A DNA stretch of 64,000 nucleotides, taken from assembly GCA_033764315.1 (NCBI GenBank), contig JANRJA010000193.1, positions 49,119 through 113,118 of the forward strand. The letters are read 5' to 3'. The notes under the pieces were generated by a model. The model was not told the DNA's origin. It saw only the letters and a list, made by a program, of their open reading frames with translations, and did not search any database. Within the stretch, counting starts at the first letter, position 1. Each line of letters opens with the position of its first letter. This DNA is from Oculatellaceae cyanobacterium bins.114 (lineage in GTDB: Bacteria > Cyanobacteriota > Cyanobacteriia > Elainellales > Elainellaceae). A program made the position numbers and the translations under genes. Shown here in pieces: positions 50,298 through 60,593 of this stretch.

Positions 50298-52472
50298 CTA
50301 CTTGATGAACAACATCTCTTGGTAGGTTGGCAGAGGCCAGAAACTGTCTGCAATTTCGCCTTCCAGGGCATCTGCATATTGACGCACTTCATCCATCAAC
50401 GGACGAATTGTTTTAGCGCAATATTGCATATGCTCTTCTGTGGTTGCAAAGTCATGCTTCTTAGAGGCTTCGGTTAACTGACCTGTCGCCTCAACCATCG
50501 AATTTACAAGGCTGGCAATCTTAGTGGCACTCTCCTTCTCAAAATCGATTCCCAAACTGGTCAAACTTGCAATTGTGGATGACAGTTTTGAGAGATATTC
50601 AACAGCGGCTGGATAAATAATGGTTTTTGCCATATTAATCACCAGCTTGGTTTCTACCTCAATAGACAGAATGTATTGTTCCGCATACACCTCAAAGCGG
50701 CTTTCCAATTCAACCGGAGTTAACACCCCAGTCTTTTTGAACAGGTCTTCGATGTATTCTTCTTTCAGCGTGGGTAACGCATCAGCCGTGGTGGGCAGAT
50801 TGGCTAAACCGCGTTCTTCAACTGCCATTGTGTGCCATTCTTCAGAGTAACCATTGCCTCCAAAGACTACAGCCCCATGCGTTTCCATCACCTCTTTAAG
50901 AACAGTGAGGATGGCGGTGTTGAGTTCCAATCCCTTGGCTAATTCACTTTCTAACCGATTGCCGATCCACTCTAAAGAGTCTGCCAACATCGTGTTTAAA
51001 ACAATCAGGGGACCCGATACGGACTGGCTCGATCCAACCGCGCGGAATTCAAAGCGGTTGCCCGTAAAGGCAAAAGGAGAGGTACGGTTGCGATCGCCCG
51101 CATCCTTGGTGAGTGGAGGCAACACATCAACCCCCAGATCCATTACGCCTTTTTGCTTTGATTCTGCAACTGTTCCCGTCTTAATTTGTTCAAAGACTTC
51201 CTCTAATTGCGTCCCTAGATACACCGACATAATTGCCGGAGGGGCTTCATTAGCTCCTAATCTATGATCGTTGCTAGCTGTGGCGATCGCTGCCCGCATG
51301 AGGGAACCATATTTGTGCACCCCTCGAATCACCGCACCACAAAACACTAGAAACTGAGCATTGTCATGGGGAGAATCGCCCGGATCCAGCAAGTTACCTT
51401 GAGTAGCGTTGCCCACTGACCAGTTAACGTGTTTACCAGAACCGTTGATGCCCGCAAAGGGTTTCTCGTGCAGCAGGCAGGTAAACCCGTGCTTTTTGGC
51501 GGTATGGCGCAAAACAGTCATCAACAATTGTTGGTGGTCACTTGCCACGTTTGCGGCTTCAAAGAAAGGAGCAATTTCAAATTGACCGGGGGCCACCTCG
51601 TTGTGTCGAGTTTTTGCAGGAATTCCTAGCTTATAAAGCGTTTCTTCCACATCTTGCATAAAGACTTGAACCCGCTCTGGAATTGCACCAAAGTAGTGGT
51701 CATCAAATTCTTGACCTTTAGCGGGTGCTTTGCCAAACAGAGTCCGTCCTGCCAACATAATGTCGGGGCGTTGACTGGCAAAGTTAGCATCGATCAGGAA
51801 ATATTCTTGCTCAGCTCCACAGCTAGAGTTCACATGAGCAATATTTGTATTTCCCAGAAGTTTTAAAACCTTGTTAGCGGCTTTATCCATTGCGGCAATG
51901 GAGCGCAGCAGGGGCACTTTTTTATCGAGTGCTTCACCCGTCCAAGACACAAAAACGGTTGGAATGCAGAGGGTTGAACCGTTGTCGGTTTCCATGATGT
52001 AAGCAGGACTGGTGACATCCCAGCCTGTGTAACCCCGTGCTTCAAAGGTGTCACGAATACCCCCGTTGGGGAACGAAGAACCATCTGGCTCCCCTTGCAC
52101 CAATACTTTGCCAGAAAATTCTGAAATAACGTTGCCGTCTCCCTGCACTGAGATGAAACCATCGTGCTTTTCGGCAGACAAATTGGTCATCGGATAAAAT
52201 ACGTGGGCATAGTAGAGTGCCCCTTTTGACATTGCCCAATCTCGCATTGCAGTGGCAACGGTATCCGCAATGGAGGGATCTAGCTTTTCACCTGTAACAA
52301 TGGTGTTTTTAATGGATTTAAAGACGGCTTTAGGAAGACTCGCCTGCATTTTGCTGAGATTAAAGACGTTCTCTGCCCAGATCTCTTCTAAACGCTCTGG
52401 GGCTTTGGGAGGCATCAACTCCCGGTTAGTAATTTGACGAACGGCTTGAACACGAGCTTCATTTCCACTCAT
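50298..52472 (-). CDS. glnN: Glutamine synthetase type III
   Basis: 724 aa; [54 protein letters not shown]. Confidence 0.97.
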   Translation of the reverse strand: MSGNEARVQAVRQITNRELMPPKAPERLEEIWAENVFNLSKMQASLPKAVFKSIKNTIVTGEKLDPSIADTVATAMRDWAMSKGALYYAHVFYPMTNLSAEKHDGFISVQGDGNVISEFSGKVLVQGEPDGSSFPNGGIRDTFEARGYTGWDVTSPAYIMETDNGSTLCIPTVFVSWTGEALDKKVPLLRSIAAMDKAANKVLKLLGNTNIAHVNSSCGAEQEYFLIDANFASQRPDIMLAGRTLFGKAPAKGQEFDDHYFGAIPERVQVFMQDVEETLYKLGIPAKTRHNEVAPGQFEIAPFFEAANVASDHQQLLMTVLRHTAKKHGFTCLLHEKPFAGINGSGKHVNWSVGNATQGNLLDPGDSPHDNAQFLVFCGAVIRGVHKYGSLMRAAIATASNDHRLGANEAPPAIMSVYLGTQLEEVFEQIKTGTVAESKQKGVMDLGVDVLPPLTKDAGDRNRTSPFAFTGNRFEFRAVGSSQSVSGPLIVLNTMLADSLEWIGNRLESELAKGLELNTAILTVLKEVMETHGAVVFGGNGYSEEWHTMAVEERGLANLPTTADALPTLKEEYIEDLFKKTGVLTPVELESRFEVYAEQYILSIEVETKLVINMAKTIIYPAAVEYLSKLSSTIASLTSLGIDFEKESATKIASLVNSMVEATGQLTEASKKHDFATTEEHMQYCAKTIRPLMDEVRQYADALEGEIADSFWPLPTYQEMLFIK

Positions 52473-52498
52473 AATTTTTTGTAGAGCTTAACTGCTTG

Positions 52499-52540
52499 AT
52501 GGTACTCAAAGCCCATTCTTAAAATAGATAGCAGAGATAC
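52499..52540 (-). promoter_or_regulatory. Imperfect NtcA-type promoter of glnN
   Basis: GTATCTCTGCTATC (52540-52527), 22 nt, then -10 TACCAT (52504-52499). Confidence 0.55.
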
Positions 52541-53036
52541 TAAAATCCAACTATTCAAGGTTCAAGACTGAAATATATCAATTAAAAATTGATACGCTTC
52601 TCTATGGGCGAAGAAATTGACATGGGCAAAAAAAATCGGCGTTACCAAAGTCGAGAAACCTTGCTACTGCTTCAAAAGCTTTCAAGTTCCAGGCGATGCA
52701 ACTCTTGACTTGTTAGGCACTGCATTTTGTGCTTGCGAATCAGTAACGCCAAAAAAGAGTAATTCAAGACTTAACTTGATGAGAGGCATTTTCTCTGTAA
52801 GTCATAACTTACTGTTGTGCCCAAAGTTACAGAATACTTTTCTGGATGGGTAGAGAGATGGCGAACAGCTAATTCTTTTTCTTTCAATCAATCTGGCTGT
52901 TTTAGCAGTGTGCAAGTTGCTTGAGTACAGGGGGTGTTGGGATCTGTGCCCCCAAGCCAAGGGTTCCACCCCTGCACCCCGTACTTCACCCAGCAAGGTA
53001 CTGCTGTAAAAGATCGATGGGCTGAGGCGATCGCCC

Positions 53037-53075
53037 AAAAAAATGGCAGGGAGGGCAAATCTTACCTCTCTGCCA
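53037..53075 (-). terminator. Terminator of the ssu operon
   Basis: TGGCAGGGAGG...CCTCTCTGCCA stem with T7 tail on the minus strand. Confidence 0.7.
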
Positions 53076-53112
53076 CAAAGTCGTAGGAGAACAAAGACGA
53101 AATGAGTTGTCG

Positions 53113-53877
53113 CTAGGTGCTCAAAATTCGATCTAAGACCTGGGTTTTGAGTTCTGCTAAAGCGGTACCGCCTAGAGGCCGAGGACGAGGCAGTGTAATC
53201 CGTAGATCTAGATCAACTCCACCATTCTTAAGGACAATCACGCGATCGGCCAGAAAAACGGCCTCTTCAACATCGTGAGTTACCAAAATAGCGGTGAACT
53301 GTTGTTCTTGCCAGAGGGTTTGAATCAGTTGCTGCATTTCTAAACGAGTTAGAGCATCAAGTGCCCCTAGCGGTTCATCTAGTAACAATAATCGAGGTTG
53401 ACTCACTAGAGCGCGTGCCAGGGCAACTCGTTGGCGTTGTCCTCCAGAGAGTTGAGTAATCCAGGCTTGAGTGCGATCGCCCAAACCCACTTGTTCTAGT
53501 GCCCACAACCCCTGTTGACGAGCGTTGTGGCGCAACCCCAAAGCGACATTGTCGAGCACGCGTCGCCAGGGCAACAATCGCGAATCTTGAAACATGACTC
53601 TGACATCGCTGTTTAACCCATGCAGCGGATGATCATCTAACAAAATTTCGCCGTCGGTTGGGGTCTCCAATCCTGCCAACAGTCGCAATAGTGTGCTTTT
53701 GCCGCAACCACTGCGCCCTACGATCGCGATAAATTCTCCTGGAGTCACCGATAAATGGATGTCTTGGAGAACACTAATGGGTCCAAAGGCTTTATTCAAG
53801 TTTTGAATCTGAATCCGAGTACCGTATTCAGAGTGTTGCTTTATGGTTTGTGAATCTGTTTTCCCCAACGCTACCAT
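53113..53877 (-). CDS. ssuB: Aliphatic sulfonate ABC transporter ATPase
   Basis: [35 protein letters not shown]. Confidence 0.93.
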   Translation of the reverse strand: MVALGKTDSQTIKQHSEYGTRIQIQNLNKAFGPISVLQDIHLSVTPGEFIAIVGRSGCGKSTLLRLLAGLETPTDGEILLDDHPLHGLNSDVRVMFQDSRLLPWRRVLDNVALGLRHNARQQGLWALEQVGLGDRTQAWITQLSGGQRQRVALARALVSQPRLLLLDEPLGALDALTRLEMQQLIQTLWQEQQFTAILVTHDVEEAVFLADRVIVLKNGGVDLDLRITLPRPRPLGGTALAELKTQVLDRILST

Positions 53878-54061
53878 CGACCATTTCCTCTACTTTTTCT
53901 TTACTTTTTCTTTACTTTTTTGATTTCATCTTTTTTGATAATAGAGAAGGTTTTGAGATCAGAAAATTGACTACGACAATCATACTCATTATCCTTTTAT
54001 CCTTCATCCTTCAGTACAGATGCGATTAATCGCTTCTCTTCCTGCCTTCTGCTTCTTTTTC

Positions 54062-54889
54062 TTATCCCTGTTGACTTGGATGCCACGGTAACCATAACCG
54101 TTCTAAGACTCGCACTGCACTATCGGCCAACTTACCCAAGAGCGCATACAGCAAAATGCTGAGTACAACGACATCCGTTTGCATAAACTCTCTGGCATTC
54201 ATCGCCATGTAGCCAATACCAGAGTTAGCGGCGATCGTCTCAGCTACAATCAGCGTTAACCACATCAACCCCAAGGCATAGCGCAACCCGATTAAGACAC
54301 TGGGGAGAGCACCGGGTAAGATGATTTTCCAAAACAACTCACGGGGGCGTAAACCATACACACGACCCATTTCAATAAGATTGGGGTCGATGGAGCGGAT
54401 GCCATGAAAGGTGTTGATGTAGATTGGGAAAAACACTCCCAAAATTACTAAAAAGATGCGAGCTTGGTCGCCGATGCCAAACCACAAAATGACCAGGGGG
54501 ATCATGGCCAAGTGGGGGACGTTGCGGATCATCTGAATGGAGCTATCTAGCAAACGTTCAGCAATGGGAAAGACTCCATTTAAAACACCCAGCGTTAAAC
54601 CAATACTGCCGCCAATGGCAAACCCCATTAAAGCTCGCCGTGCGCTGATTTGAACGTTTTGGATCAACTCTCCGTTGGCCAATAGACGCACTGCCGCCTC
54701 AAAAATTTGGGTTGGGGCAGGCAACACCCGTGTTGTAATAAACCCTGTTTGTGCCAGGATTTGCCACACGATCAATAATCCGATTGGGACAATCCAGGGT
54801 AGGAGTTGTTGCCAGGGCAAAAGGGCGATTATTTGTCGCAGCGATCGCCCTCTCCAACGAAATCCGAGTTTACCTTGTGCCAGTTGCAT
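54062..54889 (-). CDS. ssuC: Aliphatic sulfonate ABC transporter permease
   Basis: RNVPHLA.IPLVILWFGI, WLTLIVAETI, MNAREF. Confidence 0.94.
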   Translation of the reverse strand: MQLAQGKLGFRWRGRSLRQIIALLPWQQLLPWIVPIGLLIVWQILAQTGFITTRVLPAPTQIFEAAVRLLANGELIQNVQISARRALMGFAIGGSIGLTLGVLNGVFPIAERLLDSSIQMIRNVPHLAMIPLVILWFGIGDQARIFLVILGVFFPIYINTFHGIRSIDPNLIEMGRVYGLRPRELFWKIILPGALPSVLIGLRYALGLMWLTLIVAETIAANSGIGYMAMNAREFMQTDVVVLSILLYALLGKLADSAVRVLERLWLPWHPSQQG

Positions 54890-54907
54890 GTCTATTGGGC
54901 TCCTAAA

Positions 54908-55468
54908 TTAACGACCTACCGGAACTGCAACCGCGGCTGAACGAACGATTGCGATTAACTCATACACTGTGTTTTGCAAGCGTTGCTCAATCTCTTCATC
55001 CACAAAGCGAATCTCGCCATTATCGAGTCGCTGAATCTGTGAATCGACAATATAAATACCTGAAAAAATGTGACGAGCACCCAACGCAGACAAAACGGGT
55101 TTGAGGGCATAGTCGATCGATAACAAATGGGCGATGGTGCCACCCGTGGCGATCGGCAAAATAGGTTTGCCCACCAGGGCGTTTTGTGGCAACAGGTCGA
55201 GCAGTGCCTTGAGCACCCCGGTATAGGCGGCTTTATACACTGGAGTTGAGATGATCACCGCATCAGCTTGCTCAACTTGAGCTTGAATCTGTTGAATCAC
55301 AGGATGATCAAACTGAGCAAATAACAACGCCTCTGCTGGGATGTCTCGAACGGAGATTAATTCAGTGCTGATGCGCTCAACCTCCAAAATGCTCTTGGCA
55401 TACTCCAACACTGAATAAGTGCGAGAAGGATGAGAAGGGCTGCCAGCGATCGCCACAATATTTGCCAT
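54908..55468 (-). CDS. ssuE: NADPH-dependent FMN reductase
   Basis: GSP..PSR, TPVYKAAY, ATGG..AH.L..DYALKP. Confidence 0.93.
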   Translation of the reverse strand: MANIVAIAGSPSHPSRTYSVLEYAKSILEVERISTELISVRDIPAEALLFAQFDHPVIQQIQAQVEQADAVIISTPVYKAAYTGVLKALLDLLPQNALVGKPILPIATGGTIAHLLSIDYALKPVLSALGARHIFSGIYIVDSQIQRLDNGEIRFVDEEIEQRLQNTVYELIAIVRSAAVAVPVGR

Positions 55469-55526
55469 AGACGTTGCTCCTAACGGGGTAACAAAATTAA
55501 CAGGGTGATAGGGCTAAGTGACAGCA

Positions 55527-56663
55527 TTAGCTAGCACTTGTGGGCACCTTTTCATTGGCGATAATTTCACCAATGGGGCTGATGAACCGACTAGGGGCAG
55601 CGGTGGGTAGGTTGGCGAGAGGCAATTTAGGGAAAAGCAACTCAGCGACGCGATAAGCCTCTTCGAGGTGGGGATAACCAGAGAAGATAAAAGTATCGAT
55701 GCCCAAGTCGGCATATTCTTGCATTCGAGCAGCCACCTGATCAGGATTGCCCACTAACGCTGTGCCTGCGCCACCTCGCACCAGTCCGACCCCTGCCCAG
55801 AGGTTGGGAGAGATCTCTAACTGGCTGCGATCGCCGTTGTGCAATTCCATCATGCGCCGTTGACCTTCAGAATCTGATTTTCCGAGGGCTGACTGAGCGG
55901 CGGCGATCGTCTCGTCATCCAGATATTTGATCAGATCATTCGCGGCATCCCATGCTTGTGCTTCCGTTTCCCGTACAATCACATGCAGACGAATACCAAA
56001 TCGTAAGGTTCTGCCATATTCGGCGGCGAGTTGTCGGACTTCGGCAATCTTTTCTGCTACCTGTGCTGGCGTTTCACCCCAGGTTAGATATAAGTCTACA
56101 TGCTTGGCGGCGACTCGTTTTGCGGCTGGTGATGACCCCCCAAAATAGACAGGCGGATAGGGAGTTTGTAACGGTGGAAACAGCACTTTAGCCCCTTTGA
56201 CGTTGAGAAAACGTCCTTCAAAATCCACAACCTCACCGCCGCTAATGCCACGCCATACGGTCAAGAACTCATCTGTCAAGTCATAGCGATCGTCCTTGTT
56301 GAGGTGCAACCCGTCTCCAGCTAACTCTGCCGGATCGCCACCCGTCACCACGTTAATGAGCAATCGACCATTTGACATGCGATCGAAGGTTGCTGCCATG
56401 CGGGCTGCCATTCCTGGTGATGAAATGCCAGGACGAATCGCCACCAAAAACTTCATGCGTTTTGTTACCGAGATCAGTGAGGCGGCTGTAATCCAAGCAT
56501 CTTCACAGGATCGTCCCGTTGGTAACAGTGCCCCTGTAAACCCCAAAGAATCGATCGCGGTTGCTAGTTGGCGCACATATTCTGGAGTCAGTGCTCGTCC
56601 TCCAATGGAGGTTCCTAAATAGCGACCATCGCCATGAGTTGGAATAAACCAAAGTACGTCCAT
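55527..56663 (-). CDS. ssuD: FMNH2-dependent alkanesulfonate monooxygenase
   Basis: [44 protein letters not shown]. Confidence 0.97.
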   Translation of the reverse strand: MDVLWFIPTHGDGRYLGTSIGGRALTPEYVRQLATAIDSLGFTGALLPTGRSCEDAWITAASLISVTKRMKFLVAIRPGISSPGMAARMAATFDRMSNGRLLINVVTGGDPAELAGDGLHLNKDDRYDLTDEFLTVWRGISGGEVVDFEGRFLNVKGAKVLFPPLQTPYPPVYFGGSSPAAKRVAAKHVDLYLTWGETPAQVAEKIAEVRQLAAEYGRTLRFGIRLHVIVRETEAQAWDAANDLIKYLDDETIAAAQSALGKSDSEGQRRMMELHNGDRSQLEISPNLWAGVGLVRGGAGTALVGNPDQVAARMQEYADLGIDTFIFSGYPHLEEAYRVAELLFPKLPLANLPTAAPSRFISPIGEIIANEKVPTSAS

Positions 56664-56840
56664 TGTTACTCCTGAGATGAAAAAAAGAAGAGAAAAGAGA
56701 GAAGAAAGAAGACAAAAAAAGAAAAAAAGTAGTTGGGGTGAAGCAAGGCGAAACCCAATCCCTCTAAAGCTGGTTGGGTTTCATTTACACGCTCAACCTA
56801 CAGGTTTGTCTTCTTCCTCGTGCTTGCTTTGCCGTCTGTC

Positions 56841-57923
56841 TTATCCTTGCCACACCACATCAGCGACCTTAATTTCTTTGGGAATCAAGCCCAATTTAAA
56901 AAAGGTGTCTGCGATCTCCTGTTGACCTGCGATCGCTTCATCGTCAATCGGCAACACACCATAGCCACGACGCTGTTCTGCCAGTTCTAATGCGGCTTGA
57001 TCGATTTTGAGCTCGGCTGAGAGAAACTTAGCCACATCGGTTGGGTTACTCTTTGCCCATTCAGCGACTTTAGTTAGCTCATCCAGCAACGTTTTGACTA
57101 ATTCTGGTTTTTCTTGAGTAAAGCTTTGAGTCGAGAGGAAAAAGCCTCGATTTTTGACCAGATTGCTGCCATCTACCAATACTCTGGCTTGAATGGACTT
57201 TTCAGCTGCTGCCTGAAACGGATCCCAGATCACCCAGGCATCTACTGAACCCTGCTCAAACGCGGGACGAGCATCACTCGGTGGAAGAAACACAGGTTCG
57301 ATGTCGGTGTATTGCAAGCCTGCTGACTCTAGGGCTTTGACAAGTAAATAGTGGACATTGGAGCCTTTGTTGAGAGCGACTTTTTTGCCACGCAGGTCAG
57401 CCACCGTTTGAATTGGTGAATCTTTTTGCACCAAAATAGCCTCCGCCGCACCGCCAACTGGGTCATAGCTGACATAGGCGAGAGGGGCACCTGCTGCTTG
57501 GGCAAAGACGGGAGGGGTTTCCCCAGTGTAGGCAAAGTCAATACTGCCGACGTTGAGAGCCTCTAGCATTTGTGGGCCAGCCGCAAACTCATTCCAGGTC
57601 ACTGATACGCCTTCTGGCTGCAATCGCTTCTCCAAATCGCCTTTGCTTTTGAGTAGATTGAGCGCAGTTGATGATTTTTGATAGCCCACACGCAACACCT
57701 GCGCTTGGGCGGGGGTGCTGGGAGACGCACTGGGACTGGTGCTCGCCGTTGGCTCTGGGGAAGAACTGCAAGAGGCGATCGCCAAACTCAGCCCCACACC
57801 TAACACAAACAATAACGACAGAGTCTTGAAAGAGCGTCGCTGCCAGCGTTGGAAGGGGGCAACAAGGGGGGTAAACCAGGATGTTAGGGAAATCCATCGA
57901 AAGTGTTGAGATAGCCTGCTCAT
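56841..57923 (-). CDS. ssuA: Sulfonate ABC transporter substrate-binding lipoprotein
   Basis: Lipobox IASC; GYQK, GETPP, KGSNVH, WDPF. Confidence 0.92.
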   Translation of the reverse strand: MSRLSQHFRWISLTSWFTPLVAPFQRWQRRSFKTLSLLFVLGVGLSLAIASCSSSPEPTASTSPSASPSTPAQAQVLRVGYQKSSTALNLLKSKGDLEKRLQPEGVSVTWNEFAAGPQMLEALNVGSIDFAYTGETPPVFAQAAGAPLAYVSYDPVGGAAEAILVQKDSPIQTVADLRGKKVALNKGSNVHYLLVKALESAGLQYTDIEPVFLPPSDARPAFEQGSVDAWVIWDPFQAAAEKSIQARVLVDGSNLVKNRGFFLSTQSFTQEKPELVKTLLDELTKVAEWAKSNPTDVAKFLSAELKIDQAALELAEQRRGYGVLPIDDEAIAGQQEIADTFFKLGLIPKEIKVADVVWQG

Positions 57924-57927
57924 GATT

Positions 57928-58190
57928 GTTAGTTTTGAGTTTTGAAGGTTGAGGTTTGAGTTGTAGGTTGTGGGTGTTGTTAGAGATGCGGTGTTAGTTT
58001 TGAGTTTTGAAGGTTGAGGTTTGAGTTGTAGGGTGTGAGTGTTGTTAGAGGTGCGGTGTTAGTTTTGAGTTTTGAAGGGTAAGGTTTGAGTTGTAGGGTG
58101 TGAGTGTTGTTAGAGGTGCGGTGTTAGTTTTGAGTTTTGAAGGGTGAGGTTTGAGTTGTAGGGTGTGAGGTTGTTAGAGGTGCGGTGTTA
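57928..58190. repeat. Tandem repeat, 4 x 65 bp (last unit 64 bp)
   Basis: Units start at 57928, 57993, 58058 and 58123; near-identical; G/T-rich on +. Confidence 0.95.
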
Positions 58191-59249
58191 ACTGGGAGTC
58201 CACACGATGTCTTCAACTTTGACTGCCTTGGGAATTAAGCCCAATTCATAGAAGCTGTCGGCGATCGCCTGTTGTTCGGCAATCATCTCGGCGTTAATCG
58301 GCTCAAACCCGTAGTTGCGGCGTTTGGTGACGACATCCAAAATGGGAGCATCGATGCCCAAAATGGGTGAGAGAATTTGCACAACCTCGTTGGGGTTTGC
58401 GTCTGCCCAGGCTGCAATAGCTTGAGTTTCTTGGGCGATCGCGTCAATGATGTCTTGGTTGTCAGCCGCAAAGGTGTTGGCTGCCAAATAGAAATCTCGG
58501 TTGGCTACCAACCCTTCGCTGTCGCGAACCACACGAGCATTTGCCTGTTTTTGTGCTGCTGCATAGAACGGATCCCAAACGGCCCAGGCATCTACACTGC
58601 CTTGCTCAAAGGCAGATCGGGCATCGGCGGGAGAGAGATAAACTGATTCCACATCAGAGAGCTTGAGTCCACCCGACTCCAACACCCGCACGATCAAATA
58701 ATTGGCACTAGAGCCTTTGGCATACGCTACTTTTTTGCCCCGCAAGTCAGCGACCGTCTTGATGGGAGAATCTGGCTTGACTAAAACGGCTGAACTGCGA
58801 TCTTTGGGGGCACTACCCCCGATATAGAGCAGGGGCGCATCAGCGGCTTGGGCAATGACTGGAGGGGCATCTCCGGTGCGGGCAATATCAATGCTACCGA
58901 CGTTGAGGGCTTCTAGCATGGGCGGGCCTGCTTGAAACTCAGTCCACTCCACGGTGACTCCTAAGGGTTCCAACCGCTTTTCTAGCCCGCCTCTGGCTTT
59001 GACCAGGGTAAAGGGATCAAATTTTTGGTGTCCGATGCGAACAACGCGTTCTTGAGCAGGGGCTGAGGCAGGGGCAGATGCCGGAGCACTCGCATCAGAC
59101 GTGGGGGACGGGCTGCAAGCAGCAGCTATGAGGCTAAAGCTCAACCCCAACCCAAACATCAGGGAAGCGATTTTGATAGAGCGTGACCGAAATAGCCCTA
59201 TTACACAGCTGAGCACTCGAAATATTGGAAATTGCCACAGGGTGTTCAC
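58188..59249 (-). CDS. ssuA: Second sulfonate ABC substrate-binding lipoprotein
   Basis: Lipobox AAAC; GHQK, GDAPP, KGSSAN, WDPF. Confidence 0.9.
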   Translation of the reverse strand: MNTLWQFPIFRVLSCVIGLFRSRSIKIASLMFGLGLSFSLIAAACSPSPTSDASAPASAPASAPAQERVVRIGHQKFDPFTLVKARGGLEKRLEPLGVTVEWTEFQAGPPMLEALNVGSIDIARTGDAPPVIAQAADAPLLYIGGSAPKDRSSAVLVKPDSPIKTVADLRGKKVAYAKGSSANYLIVRVLESGGLKLSDVESVYLSPADARSAFEQGSVDAWAVWDPFYAAAQKQANARVVRDSEGLVANRDFYLAANTFAADNQDIIDAIAQETQAIAAWADANPNEVVQILSPILGIDAPILDVVTKRRNYGFEPINAEMIAEQQAIADSFYELGLIPKAVKVEDIVWTPS

Positions 59250-59357
59250 ACGTCAGACTCCTTGGAATGCGGTTGAAATCACTCAATCTTGGTTTAAGGG
59301 CAGGTCTTTCAAAGGCATTTGGGGGCGATCGCCTTTGAGATCGCTTAATCTCAAAAC

Positions 59358-59531
59358 TACACTAAACAGATCGAGTTACCGTATTTTATTAACTCAGGAG
59401 TTTGCCACAACCCCTTAGAAAAAGCAAGTGTTCTGGCAACATTTGGCGAGAAGCGATCGCTGACTTGCTTTTTAGAGGAAGCTATGAGATGCTAAAACGA
59501 ATAAATACGGTATTCCTATTGTATTACCGTA
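59358..59531. promoter_or_regulatory. Two copies of a TACGGTA-N12-TACCGTA palindrome in the ssu/DUF442 divergent promoter
   Basis: Perfect at 59506-59531; TACACTA-N12-TACCGTA at 59358-59383. Confidence 0.65.
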
Positions 59532-59739
59532 GATTATTTGTGGTGGAGTTCTAACCTTAGAATTCATCCTCTCTAATGCTCCTCATAATCAGTCGGTGAG
59601 CATCGCTCTCAATCACAATTGCTGTTTGCTCACCACTGATTTTCTTCTGCTGATGGTTGTCACTAGTATTTTCTATCCTTCCCTTTCCCCTCTTCCCTTT
59701 TCTTTCTTTCTTCTTCTTTTTTTCTTTTTTCCTAAACCA

Positions 59740-60186
59740 ATGGTTAACAACACAAAAAAGGTTAACGACGATTACAGCATTGCGGGACAAGTCACGCCAG
59801 AACAATTGCAACAAGCGGCTGATGAGGGGTTTAAGTCGGTGCTTAATGTGCGATCGCCCGATGAGTCTGGTGTTTTAGTCGATGAACAACAGCAAGCCAA
59901 TGCATCAGGATTGGAATACGCTAATGTGCCTCTCAGCAATACCCATCTCGACACGAGTAAAGTTGCTCAAGCCATCGAAGCGTTGGGCGATCTGCCTAAA
60001 CCTGTTCTGATTCATTGTGGTGCAGGTGCACGAGCCGGAGGCATTGCGCTGATTGCAACGGCAATTCAAGAGGGGTTAACGTTAGAAGAATTAACGGTCA
60101 AAGCTGAAGAAATTGGACTTAATTTAGATCAACCTCACCTTAAAAAATTTGTTGAAGAACAATACTTAGAGAAGAAGGAAGAGTAA
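59740..60186 (+). CDS. DUF442/Blh-like sulfurtransferase or PTP-fold protein (ATG at 59740)
   Basis: AGQ.T, GFKSVLN.R..DE, PVLIHCGAGAR (CX5R). Confidence 0.85.
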   Translation: MVNNTKKVNDDYSIAGQVTPEQLQQAADEGFKSVLNVRSPDESGVLVDEQQQANASGLEYANVPLSNTHLDTSKVAQAIEALGDLPKPVLIHCGAGARAGGIALIATAIQEGLTLEELTVKAEEIGLNLDQPHLKKFVEEQYLEKKEE

Positions 60187-60231
60187 AAAAAGAAGAAAAA
60201 AAGAGAATATTTTGAGTGAATTAAGGATGTG

Positions 60232-60580
60232 TATAGCAGTTCTAAGGGAGTTGCATTGAAATAAAGTATCAGCTTAAGCGCAGGGTTGATAGATTCCCGC
60301 CTGCACGGGACAACGGCAGGGTGTATCTAGCGGTTGGGGGGGTGGCGGTTAACACCGCGACTACCAGAACAAAACCTGCCTTCGCAGGTTTCAAACACCC
60401 CAGTCTGCGAAGGCGGACTTTGTTCAAATAGACGCGAATTCATCGCCGAGTTCAGTCCCCAACTTTCACAGATAGGGTTCGGATATAAAACCAAGGGGGG
60501 TGTGTGGGCTACATCCCCAGCCAGAAGTGGAAACCCCTGCACCCCAAATTCCCACCCCTATTTACGACGAGTTGTACTAA
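60232..60580. repeat. Composite of dispersed repeats including an inverted REP-like doublet (60344-60447)
   Basis: GAACAAAACCTGCCTTCGCAGGTTT facing AGTCTGCGAAGGCGGACTTTGTTC; TATAGCAGT end at 60232; GGGG/CCCC element at 60495-60545. Confidence 0.7.
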
Positions 60581-60593
60581 GTCATTTGTAAGA

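Noticed and set aside
52473-52800. Glutamine (glnA) riboswitch before glnN
   Set aside because: I could not find the conserved core by eye; an Rfam scan is needed to exclude it fully
57928-58190. CRISPR array
   Set aside because: Units are near-identical over their whole 65 bp, with no unique spacers, no palindromic repeat and no cas genes
59596-59739. Hydrophobic N-terminal extension of the DUF442-like ORF
   Set aside because: Translation of a pyrimidine-rich low-complexity tract; the domain starts at ATG 59740
60327-60591. Small ORFs 60334-60591 (+) and 60327-60542 (-)
   Set aside because: Lie wholly in repeat DNA; the same applies to 3239-3457, 31542-31727, 36312-36497 and 52802-53038
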